Shown here in pieces: positions 1 through 9,500 of a stretch of 64,000 nt of DNA (positions are counted from its first letter, which is position 1; each line of letters begins with the position of its first letter). Both the position numbers and the translations under genes were made by a program. The stretch spans positions 124,001 to 188,000 of the forward strand of contig NW_026782617.1 of assembly GCF_031769215.1 (NCBI RefSeq). Reading direction: 5' to 3'. The notes under the pieces were generated by a model. The model was not told the origin of the DNA and searched no databases. It saw nothing but the letters and a program-made list of their open reading frames with translations. The stretch is from Ylistrum balloti. Its lineage: Eukaryota.

Positions 1-295
1 GACAAATTGATTGTTACTACATGTATACAGTATGAACAATGGACAAATTGGTTGTTACTACATTTATACAGTATGAACAAAGGACAAATTGATTGTTACT
101 TCATTTATACAGTATGAACAATGGACAAATTGATTGTTACTACATTTATACAGTATGAACAAAGGACAAATTGATTGTTACTACATTTGTACAGTATGAA
201 CAAAGGACAAATTGATTGTTACTACATTTATACAGTATGAACAAAGGACAAATTGATTGTTACTACATTTGTACGGTATGAACAAAGGACAAATT
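1..295. repeat. 41-bp minisatellite, ~7 copies (truncated by window start), intronic
   Basis: Unit GACAAATTGATTGTTACTACATTTATACAGTATGAACAAAG recurs at 1, 42, 83, 124, 165, 206, 247. Confidence 0.95.
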
Positions 296-447
296 TGTTC
301 CGTTACCCCGGTTGATATTTAGTATTTGTCTTGAATTTTACCTCAGACGCATGAAATCTGCATGCAATTAACATTCAGAAATACAAACAGTACGTTGATA
401 TTCATAAATTTCATGTTCAGTTTTCAAATACTTTGCATGTGATTCAG

Positions 448-519
448 AAATGTTACGTTCAGAAGATACGGACACACAATGGCCATGACAAGTACACTTC
501 CGGGTGTGTAAATAACCAG
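448..519 (+). CDS. Exon (phase 0-0) of LU/TSP1/FBG mosaic gene: middle of three-finger-like module 1
   Basis: ttcag|...|gtaggt boundaries; 72 nt, KCYVQKIRTHNGHDKYTSGCVNNQ; same pattern (xC...SGC) as exon 1769-1834. Confidence 0.85.
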
Positions 520-757
520 GTAGGTCACATCATGTAAATGGTCATATATCTCCTATCATTATCTAGTTTCTAATTTCAAATTATCCTTTCCATCAGTGAT
601 TCGTATAGAGCTGGAGAGTTATCATATTTTTCTTTCATAAATGATTACTCCATCTCTGTTCCTGTTTAATCAACTTCATTTCATATTTTCATATTTAACG
701 AAAATTGCGTTTTGTAACTAAGTTCCATGAACAATAACCATTCTTGTTATTCTGCAG

Positions 758-878
758 AGCTGTTCTTTAGATACCAATTTCCACGGTTCGTTTGGAGAAC
801 TATCACCTTACGGACAGGTGACGTGTGTCGAGTGTTGTGATGGAGACATGTGTAACAACCAAGGGTGTGGGGATACAG
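758..878 (+). CDS. Exon (phase 0-1): C-terminal part of three-finger-like module 1
   Basis: ttctgcag|...|gttcgt; SCSLDTNFHGSFGELSPYGQVTCVECCDGDMCNNQGCGDT with the LU-type CCxxDxCN signature. Confidence 0.9.
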
Positions 879-1217
879 GTTCGTGTACCAGTTAAAACAG
901 ACAACCCTTTTCACTGTTTTATCTTAATTAAGCAAACCTAAAGACATTTCACGGTATGTGATCTCAAAACCAGCAGTCTATATTCTTTGAATGAAAACAT
1001 GTTATTTTTTTCAGAAACTGAACCGTGACATGGAATCAGTTCTATTTGTAACTTCGGCAGAGTTTATAAAACTTAAAGACCTTTGTTGAACTGTTCACTT
1101 TTTTCGGCTGCTTTAATTACAAATCATAATTGTGTTTGTGGGAATATTTTACACATTTTCTATACAGGAGTTATTTCTTTATCGTATGTTTATTGGTAAC
1201 TACTTGTGCTCCCTAAG

Positions 1218-1318
1218 GACCTCCAACTAGAGAATCCCGTGGACCTTACTGTTACCAGTGCCAGCACATGCCAGACCCGAGTTACTGTGAAAGGCTCACT
1301 ATTTGTGACAGCAATGAA
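1218..1318 (+). CDS. Exon (phase 1-0): N-terminal part of three-finger-like module 2
   Basis: ccctaag|...|gtatga; (G)PPTRESRGPYCYQCQHMPDPSYCERLTICDSNE, with the CYxC start typical of LU domains. Confidence 0.88.
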
Positions 1319-1442
1319 GTATGAAGTCAAACATTGCATACATTAAAAAGTATGGTATATATATATATAGATAAGTAATTTAATTAATGTGTGATTTTAT
1401 CACCAGTATTTTAGTCCATTATCATTTCTGGAGTGTTTGAAT

Positions 1443-1485
<43 letters not shown>

Positions 1486-1768
1486 CATAAGCTCACTCGT
1501 CTAGCTAAACCAATTTTTACGAGGGAGGGGGATAACCAGAACTGTCATCTCTCGCTTTTACTTTTTCGTTTGCATCTCTTTTACGATTGCTGCAAAAATC
1601 AAATGTTGGTAAGTAATCTTTTGTGATAAACATTAATCATCGTAAGGCATTCAAATTTATCAATTAAATTCATTCTCCTCGTGTCTGAAACGTTTAAAAT
1701 GTTTGAAAAATGTTAAGTATTGAATTATTGATGAAAGGTAAAATGACTATGATATGATTTTCGTGTAG

Positions 1769-1834
1769 GTTTGCAGTATTGACGAAACCGTGTCTTTTGG
1801 ACATCAGTTCTCAAGCGGGTGCAGGCGAAAAGGG
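1769..1834 (+). CDS. Exon (phase 0-0): middle of three-finger-like module 2
   Basis: tcgtgtag|...|gtctgt; VCSIDETVSFGHQFSSGCRRKG; phase fits both neighbours. Confidence 0.8.
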
Positions 1835-1873
1835 GTCTGTATTCTTCCATCCATTCACTTATTTACTTAACAT

Positions 1874-2028
1874 NNNNNNNNNNNNNNNNNNNNNNNNNNN
1901 NNNNNNNNNNNNNNNNNNNNNNNNNNNNNNNNNNNNNNNNNNNNNNNNNNNNNNNNNNNNNNNNNNNNNNNNNNNNNNNNNNNNNNNNNNNNNNNNNNNN
2001 NNNNNNNNNNNNNNNNNNNNNNNNNNNN
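1874..2028. other. Assembly gap (155 N) inside an intron
   Basis: Run of N; flanking exons join in phase without needing hidden coding sequence. Confidence 0.99.
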
Positions 2029-2082
2029 ATACGATGGGTAAATAGTACATGGTCATTTTACTTAGAAACTCGACTTTGACAG

Positions 2083-2212
2083 GAGTGTTTGCATGAAGGA
2101 CTCCTAGTGGGCCGGGATACCCATAATTTGACAAGGTCGTTCAATCTCTGCCACAAGTGTTGCTCCGAAGACTTCTGCAATCAAGATTGTCAGGATCACA
2201 AACCCCAACAAG
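2083..2212 (+). CDS. Exon (phase 0-1): C-terminal part of three-finger-like module 2
   Basis: ctttgacag|...|gtattt; ECLHEGLLVGRDTHNLTRSFNLCHKCCSEDFCNQDCQDHKPQQ with CCxxDxCN. Confidence 0.88.
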
Positions 2213-2313
2213 GTATTTATTTTATTGTTTTCATACGTGCGGGTGCTTTTGAATTTTCGTGAACAAAATTTTAAAATTCTAACCATGATTTACATTCTAC
2301 CATCACTATACAG

Positions 2314-2475
2314 AGATGGTATCTTGGAACGTGTGGAGTCCATGGAGTGAGTGCTCGACTTCCATTGGAGTTCAAATCCGGAACCGTTCATGTACAAATT
2401 CTAAAGGCGTGGTGCAATCACAAGGTTGTGAAGGGGTACCAAAAGAAGAACGAAATTGTTCCAGACTATGTTCAG
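2314..2475 (+). CDS. Exon (phase 1-1): thrombospondin type-1 repeat
   Basis: tatacag|...|gtaggt; (E)MVSWNVWSPWSECSTSIGVQIRNRSCTNSKGVVQSQGCEGVPKEERNCSRLCS, showing WxxWSxWSxCS and RxRxC TSP1 motifs. Confidence 0.92.
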
Positions 2476-3104
2476 GTAGGTCTATATAAATCAGAGTTGG
2501 TTGTATGGACGAATCGTCGTCATCGTCTTTTAACAAGTGTTACAGATCTTAAGATACAGTATAAAATCATGTTAATTTCAATACAACTTCTTCTTTAAAC
2601 CATTCAGACTTCATCCATGGAATTTGCTAGACAAATATCCCTCTTCATGCATTTCGGTTGATCAGTAGAAGTCGTATGAGTATTTAGACAAATTTGACTG
2701 GGGTGATTTTGTGCAATGATCAAAGTCAGACGTTAGAGCATTTTCATAAATTTAACTCATAACCTTGAATATGAATGAAGGTTATTACTTTTCACACTAT
2801 TTGTGAATTTTCAAATGTTCAAAACCTCAGTTCTTATTAGGAAACTTTTCGCTTTGGCGATGGCATCTTCAAGCAAAATACCTATTTTCAATTCTTTTCG
2901 TTTCATCAGCAGAAGTCACTCGAACGACTAACAAAGGATCCCTGTTACCTTAGATACGGATCGATGTAACTTTCTTTCGGTTATCGAGGGTTTTATCCCA
3001 AGAACCTTACAGCACAAAAGCAAGATTCCAGGCCAAAAATTGCAAAAATTCTTATCCAAGCAGGGGTTAGAGCATTTCACAAATTTGACAAACAATCTAG
3101 AATA

Positions 3105-3309
3105 TACGATGGCCGAAATCGGCCTGACAAAACTGTGTAACTAGTAGCACATTTTCGTCAACAAAATATGTACGAACACATTTTTTGTACAAATATGTTC
3201 ATTACTATAGTAGTAGATTTATTTGACACAAAAGGTGTTCGTACATATTTTGTTGACGAAAATGTGATACAAGTTACACTGTTTTGTCAGTCCGTTTTCG
3301 GCCATCGTA
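3105..3309. mobile_element. Foldback MITE (~205 bp, long TIRs, TA at both ends; Tc1/mariner-like by TA termini) in the last intron of the FReD gene
   Basis: Left TACGATGGCCGAAATCGG...ACAAAACTGTGTAAC...CACATTTTCGTCAACAAAATATGTACGAACAC is the near-perfect reverse complement of right GTGTTCGTACATATTTTGTTGACGAAAATGTG...GTTACACTGTTTTGTC...TTTCGGCCATCGTA; second copy at 52.8-53.0 kb. Confidence 0.85.
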
Positions 3310-3870
3310 AGAATATGAGTCAAGCTAATTTCTTTTCGAATGAATGTGAATTTTCCTAATAGAAAACTTTCAGTTAATTTATGTCTTTTTGTTTATCAGA
3401 AGAGGTCCTTTCAGTATTTAAACACATTTGACCAATGGGACTTGAACTGTAGATAAAGATAATCTATTCTTGTACAATTTTGTTCGGTTCTGTGCCTTAA
3501 AATCATCAAAAAGACATCATTTAAGTGTTGTAGCAAATTCACTCATGTAACCTTTCATATGGGTCAAAGTAAATTTTTAAGGAAACATTTTCGAGTCTTA
3601 TTCCAGAAACACATCAGATAAATATTGTAATTTCGGCTTTTAGAAGAAATCATTTGAAACTTTTAACAAATTTTGGCCTCCTCAAACTTTATCGGACTTC
3701 AATTAGGGAACTTCCCAGTTATACATGTCAATATAAACCTTGACACGGCAGGAAAGGTGAACTTTAAAGTAAAAATTATTACTACAGAAATTCTATAAGC
3801 ACTTTTTCATGCTTGCTGTTTGTCAGATTGCTATACAAGAGTTGAATTGTTTTTTTTTTCCCGACTGAAG

Positions 3871-4472
3871 GTTGTGTTGAATTGTACAACAGCGGAACAC
3901 GTGATTCAGGTGTGTACACCATAGCTCCCCCCGGACACCAGCCTCTGAAAGTCGTCTGCAACATGACGGACGGAGGAGGATGGACTGTACTTCAACACAG
4001 GTACGACGGCTCTGTCACCTTTAATCGTACATGGACAGACTACGTCACGGGTTTTGGTGATCTACATGGCGACTTCTGGTTTGGTTTAGAAAACATTCAC
4101 ATGCTTACATCACAGGGAGTCCAAGTCATAATAGATATGATAACAATTACCGGGAAGTCGATACGGTACAGCTACGATCACTTTGAGGTAAAGGACGCCA
4201 GCACATCGTATCAACTGTCAGTTTCTAATGATACTTCTGTATATGGTAGACGTGAACAAAGATTAGAATATAACAACGGTCATATCTTCTCTACCCCTGA
4301 TAGACCGGATGAACACAAATGTTCTTCTCACGGTTCGGGCTGGTGGTTTAAATATTGTACATATTTCAATATCAACGGTATCATAGGCCTGGTTGAGAGT
4401 GACTATGGACTGGCAATAAGAGACGGTGTTATGGATGTTTTACTGAATGAAACAATCATGAAAGTAAGGTAA
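3871..4472 (+). CDS. Terminal exon: fibrinogen C-terminal (FBG/FReD) domain
   Basis: Poly-T tract + gaag acceptor, phase 1; GCVELYNSG...SGVYTI...VVCNMTDGGGWTVLQHRYDGSVTFNRTWTDYVTGFGDLHGDFWFGLENIH...FSTPD...GWWFKYC..NING...IMKVR*; AATAAA at ~4562. Confidence 0.95.
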
Positions 4473-5438
4473 CTGTTGTTGATTTATTACTAATTTAATG
4501 CTGAACAACGGTATATCTGCACACGCCTGTCAATTCCCCCTTGATTATATATAAGATAATCAATAAATATTTTTTTTTATTTTTTTTTATTTTTTAGTTT
4601 TTATTATTCATATTTATTTCTGTAGTCATCGTTTCCTTATCATCCCAAAGAGGTCAAACTACAGGTTCTGTAAGACACAGTCACATACCAACGAACATGG
4701 ACTTATTTGACCGTGACGTTTTGTAGAGTGAAAACAAACCATGTTGTACTAATTAAAATGATTAAAAGATTACAGTCAACATACTAAGTGGTACCATTTT
4801 TTTCCTGTGTAGTAACTTTACATAAATGAATATATATGCTTTAAAAAGATCAAAGTTTGGTACTTTTGTTCACATTACTGGAAAAAAATTTCCCGAAAAA
4901 GTTATCCATGAATCTTGACTATATAAAATGCGATGGTGGTTTGCAGACTGGCATTCGTCTTTCACGTAAGCGAGATTGTACAAAAGACAAATAAGTGAAC
5001 AGCACCTTTTAACACAATTTTACAATGAATTAAGCTGCATTATGCAGCTGTTTGAAGCCTATGGGCTACTAAGGCAAATCCAAAGTGGTCAAAAGAAAAG
5101 TAAAAATCTAGACGGGGAGTTGTAACATCTCCTTAATCAAATTAATCTCGTAATTTTGATATATAATTTTAGAACAGCGTCAAGTACATGTGTATATTCT
5201 GAACCGTGCCACTATTCGACTGCATTAAAACGGGGACTTAAAGTCCACCAGCAGTGTCTACAGACAAAAAAAGCACATGTGAATAGTACCTAATATCCAT
5301 TTATTAAACATGGCAATTGGGGGATTACAGCTCATAGAATGATATTAAAATGTAATAGAATCACATGAACATTTGTTTTTTTCCTATCATTCATTCATTT
5401 TCTTCGTGTAGATAATCTCAATAGAACAGATCAGGTCT

Positions 5439-5686
5439 GATGAAGGTGACCGTGTAGTCATAGAAACGTCACACTCTAATCTTCTAATGGTTTTGTTATA
5501 AGATGAAGGTGACCGTGTAGTCATCGAAACGTCACTCTCTAACCTTCTACTGGTTGTGTTATAAGATGAAGGTGACCGTGAAGTCATCGAAACGTCACAC
5601 TCTAATCTTCTGCTGGTTGTGTTATAAGATGAAGATGACCGTGTAGTCATCGAAATGTCAAACTTTAAACTTCTACTGGTTGTAAT
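5439..5686. repeat. 63-bp minisatellite, ~4 copies
   Basis: GATGAAGGTGACCGTGTAGTCATCGAAACGTC... at 5439, 5502, 5565, 5628; explains the repetitive ORF 5387-5650(-). Confidence 0.9.
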
Positions 5687-5699
5687 ATGAGAAGTTCTA

Positions 5700-6270
5700 T
5701 TCTACAAGCCTGTTAAAATCTAAACATTCGGCTTCCCCAAAGGATGTCCCACAAGTAGAGTTTAGTAGTTGAGTGCTTGAGGTGCAGTCATTCATTACAA
5801 TAAGTACAGAAACGCGAGGTTGTTCATTAACAGGTGGCATGTGTAGGGGTGACCACGAAATTCCATAAAGTGGAGAAAATGAAAGAGACTTTCACTTCTT
5901 TGTCATATTGAGTCCTATTGGATATAGCAATTTGCCACAGAGTGTCCAACTTCTCTTCCAAAGAATCCAGTCCATTGGTGGACAGGGGATTCAACACAAG
6001 TCTGTGTTGGATACCAGCGTCCATAATCGTGGGATCTGGAAATGAGAAAATGAATCAGCGATTTCTTTTTTAACACCTGGCAAATATTCAATGTAATTAG
6101 CAAAGTTATTGTGTGTTGCACACATGAGAAGCGTTTGTGTAAGTTTCATAATGAGATCTTTAAAACGCCTTTTGAAAATAACGTGAACAGTATCCTGATT
6201 TTCACAGTAACACTGCATTATCATCCCAAACAACTGAAGCCACAACAATAGGATATAGCTCAAGGATAGA
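5700..6270 (-). mobile_element. Decayed DIRS-type (tyrosine recombinase) retrotransposon fragment: RNase H C-terminus followed by YR N-terminus
   Basis: Minus strand: CYCENQDTVHVIFKRRFKDLIMKLTQTLLMCATHNNF..EYLPGVKKEIADSFSHFQIPRLWTL resembles the DIRS RNase H end (CDNxATVxIINKGRSK..IM.L...PGxxNxIADxLSRFQ). It is followed in other frames by LEEKLDTLWQIAISNRTQY and FCTYCNE*LHLKHSTTKLYL (YR SAM-like N-terminus). Stops and frameshifts present. Confidence 0.75.
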
Positions 6271-6286
6271 CAATGAGAGCCGTAAT

Positions 6287-6480
6287 TACATTTTCTGGAA
6301 GATTCGTACATATGGGTGCACAAGTATACAAAAATGCGTGCGACAGCAGCCACGTGCACACCTATCAGAATGAAGTATACACTTACTTATCAGTCGTGTA
6401 TTTGAATGTCTGCTATCGCTGTTTGTTTGTTGTAATCTTGAGACAAAGGACAGCAGAGAGGTGTCTTTTTCTAAATTTTA
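6287..6480 (+). repeat. Dispersed repeat / local duplicate, homologous to 9115-9500
   Basis: Shared blocks TACATTTTCTGGAAGATT, GGGTGCACAAxTATACxAAAAT, CACGTGC, TCAGTCGTG, TTTGTTGTAATCTTGAG. Confidence 0.8.
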
Positions 6481-6544
6481 GAGGCAAGGTTGTCCCTTAC
6501 GATTATCAAACATATGTTAAATTATTACTGCCCGTGTGTTGTTT

Positions 6545-6785
6545 GAACCTAAACTTTATTTATTTTACAACAATAGCGAAACAAGCTTTCAGTCTATATC
6601 AATCCTTCTTGTTGGCCCGCATGGAAGCGTGCGGAGGTTCGTACTGTGGGAGGAAACTGGAGTATCCGGGGGAAACCCACGTGGTCGGGCAGGTGACCCA
6701 TAGTTTTTCATGTTCGTTCCGGGAATCGAACCCCGGACGGCTAGGTGAAAGACGAGTACGTTACCACTGCGTCAACAGATGTCAT
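6545..6785 (-). mobile_element. tRNA-derived SINE (tRNA-Glu-like head, V-domain-like core)
   Basis: Minus strand: A box TGACGCAGTGGT, CTTTCACC loop, B box GGTTCGATTCC (6722-6732), then GTGGGTTTCCCCCGGATACTCCAGTTTCCTCCCACA, the conserved V-type SINE body as I recall it; sister copies at ~11860-11975(+) and 30190-30430(-). Confidence 0.8.
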
Positions 6786-7308
6786 AGTTTCAGTGCAGTG
6801 ATTTTATATATGCGAAAAATGCGAAAACAAATGTTGAAATTTAGAGAGATGAAGGCCGAGAAGTTCCCTACTGTTAAAAATGATTTCTTTAATATGGTGG
6901 TATGCTGCAGCTTTTAAAGTCATGTTGTTAGGACCATAGAATTAGAGGTCGCTAGAGAGTGACAACAGGCGATGATTACAATGTTGTCATTGTCAGATGC
7001 TAGAGGATGTTCCTTGGTAGAAGAGAATGTTTCTCTTTCTTGCCATTCCCGGCTCCGCAGTTCGTCTACACATCCTTGATTCGCAACATTACCAGACTCT
7101 CTAGTGGCTGTTCTAGCTAGTCTACCAGTTACACAAGATTTCATTTCATTGTCGCACCGTGACCCTTGTCGCTCGTCTGCAAGGAAGCTGAACCTAGTTG
7201 CATTTACTGTATACAGGATGCACTCTCCTTGCGATGATTTTAACCGCACGTTGCAGAGCTGACGTTGCAGTCCTGGATGACAGGAAGTAACAAAGCCTAC
7301 AGCCTAGC

Positions 7309-7599
7309 ATGGAAAATTTGAACTGTATGATTGATAAAAAAAATCGATAACCTGCAACCATGTGAAACGGACGTAAGTAAAACTATTTGCTTTCCCTTCA
7401 TCAAGAGGATAGGTCTGACAGCGTGTTAAATTATACATAATTGGTTTAAATGCTTTCAAAGACAGTTTATTTACTAGTAATAGGAATACGTCCTTGTCAC
7501 GATAGAGTAGTACCTCCAATTGTTTTATCCATTGGCAGATCTACCCCCTTGAGAAAAAACTTTCGAGTTAGCAACTTTATTAACCGTTATAACAGCTCC
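7309..7599 (+). CDS. Tentative first two coding exons (7309-7372, 7539-7599) of an unidentified + strand gene; requires one extra A in the A8 run at 7336-7343
   Basis: Strong donors GAC|gtaagt and TCC|gtgagt, acceptor ttttatccattggcag; with A9 reads MENLNCMIDKKKSITCNHVKR/TSTPLRKNFRVSNFINRYNSS. CpG-containing upstream region with CAGGAAGT. No homology recognised. Confidence 0.3.
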
Positions 7600-8484
7600 G
7601 TGAGTTCAGACTTGATTTTGCTCAAGATCTATCATACATGTATTCTCTGTAATGTCATTCTAGGTCAGATAGACCGATGTCAAGTGTCACTTTAAGGAAA
7701 TGTTCTGACAAGCGTTTGTGTGTGGTAACAATTTTACATGAATACATACTACCAGTGTCAGCAAGAGTTGGCAGTTATGGATTTCGTACGAGATTTTCTG
7801 ATAACTGTGATGTAAACTTTAGCCCGATAGGTTGGAACTAGGGTGGCTAGTTCCGGCGTTGCCCCGGAATATTTAGTTGATTCTTTGATAGAGGCAGCAA
7901 CAGAAGTTAGTCAGAATTAACAAGTGGTTAGTGGAAAATTCCAGTTGTTCCCACTGCAGAAGTAAAAATGTTAAAAGCAAAATTCAAACTCAAAATATAT
8001 AAATTTCGCCTGTCTCTACAAATCTAAAACTGTGAAATGATAAATAATATTCCCAATTTTGTTTAGTTCATGTTTGAAAATTTCACTAACCACTACTTAC
8101 CTCTCACCAGCTTCTGAACAACAGGAGCTTGGTGTCATAAGTTCTGGTACTCCACTTGTTAATAATATCGACCAACAGGAGACCCGCTAGTACTTTTATA
8201 GTCTTTTAAAATCTAGATATTAGATGTGGCAGTAGTTTATGTTTGTAACGTCTTATCACATCATAACTTCATCCTAAACTACTGTTATTAGCTTATTTAA
8301 TTGTCTTTGATGAAATTTAATTTGATTTCACCCCAAAGACAAATAAATGTTGTTGTTATTAGCGTACAACATATAAATTCAGCTGAAGGCGTGAGCTCGA
8401 GAATGTATTTATACATGTTCTGTCGAAAAGAAATCGTGTTTCCATTCGTTTAATGTATGAATAACAAATTGAATAAATTAATTA

Positions 8485-8590
8485 CTGAATGAATGACAAA
8501 CTTATTATAGATAGATCTGCTGAATGAATGAACTTATTAAAGAAAGATCTGTTGAATGAATGAATGAATGAATGAATAAATGAACGTCAT
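8485..8590. repeat. (TGAA)n microsatellite, imperfect
   Basis: Repeated TGAATGAATGAA. Confidence 0.85.
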
Positions 8591-9114
8591 TACAGTGTTG
8601 AACGAGAGTCCTCTTGCATGAGGACATAATTACACACATGCTGAACCCAGGGCCCCAACCCTGGCAGTAGTCTATATGTTTACATGTTCTGGGGCATTTA
8701 AACACACGAGAAACGTTTCTTCCTTTGCTTCAAAGCATATCTTATAGGGAAAGAAGCTGCGGCGGTTACCTTTGAATCCATATCATGTACAACCTACAAT
8801 CCCGTAACTCCACATTTTATAGACAATTTTTTTTTTGAAAGTCACTATATACATAATAGAATTAATTTTTACCGTTTGATTATTTTTTTTTACCGAAATC
8901 CGGTCAATTTTATCCGGAATCAAACAGACTTGGTCTAAGATATTGGTTCTGTTACCTATAGTTGATTTCCAGTACAGGAACTATTTTTCCTCTTCACCAG
9001 ACTTGATACTTCCAGGGGTAGATCTGACAATTCGGGGCGACCCTGTTTCAATTTTTTCTCAGTAGTTTTAGATCTGTTATTATTTTTGATCATGCCGAGT
9101 ATTGATGTTTGGTA

Positions 9115-9500
9115 CAGTCACTACATTTTCTGGAAGATTACTACAGATTAACCACTCTCAACGAGAAAAAGTTGTGTCTTGATACGCTTATTTTTTGCCC
9201 TCTGTGGAGATATCTTTCTGCAGTTTCCTCTGAAGCTGTTCCTGGCTGTGACACTGTCACTTGGTTTGAGAATATCCTATGGGCTCTGGACAATACAGAA
9301 AATTTGCTGCTCTCTCTCTCTTTTTTCCTGGTGGTTGTTCTGTGCAAGGTGGGTGCACAAATATACGAAAATACGCGCGACTCCGGTCACGTGCCTACAT
9401 TTTAGAACGAAGCATATACACGTCAGTCGTGCGTTTGACGATTTCTGTCTTTACTCTCAGTTTGTTGTAATCTTGAGGCAAACAGACAGTAGAGCGCTCA
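9115..9500 (+). repeat. Second copy of the 6287-6480 repeat, with ~200 bp extra internal sequence
   Basis: Aligns to 6287-6480 on both sides of an insert (~9150-9345). Confidence 0.8.

Noticed and set aside
2909-2955. Extra linker exon between TSP1 and FBG
   Set aside because: Good acceptor, but the required phase-1 frame hits TAG with no donor before it; the TSP1 and FBG exons already join in phase.
5387-5650. Ser/Thr/Arg-rich repetitive ORF
   Set aside because: Translation of a 63-bp minisatellite; no gene context.
6715-6785. tRNA-Glu gene
   Set aside because: Acceptor stem does not pair and it is followed by a SINE body shared with other copies; it is a SINE head.
6273-6917. 214-aa plus-strand ORF
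   Set aside because: Runs across a dispersed repeat and an antisense SINE; composite, not a gene.
6920-7249. Minus-strand 109-aa ORF / possible terminal exon
   Set aside because: No recognisable domain, no phase-compatible upstream exon found; may simply be GC-richer promoter-proximal sequence.
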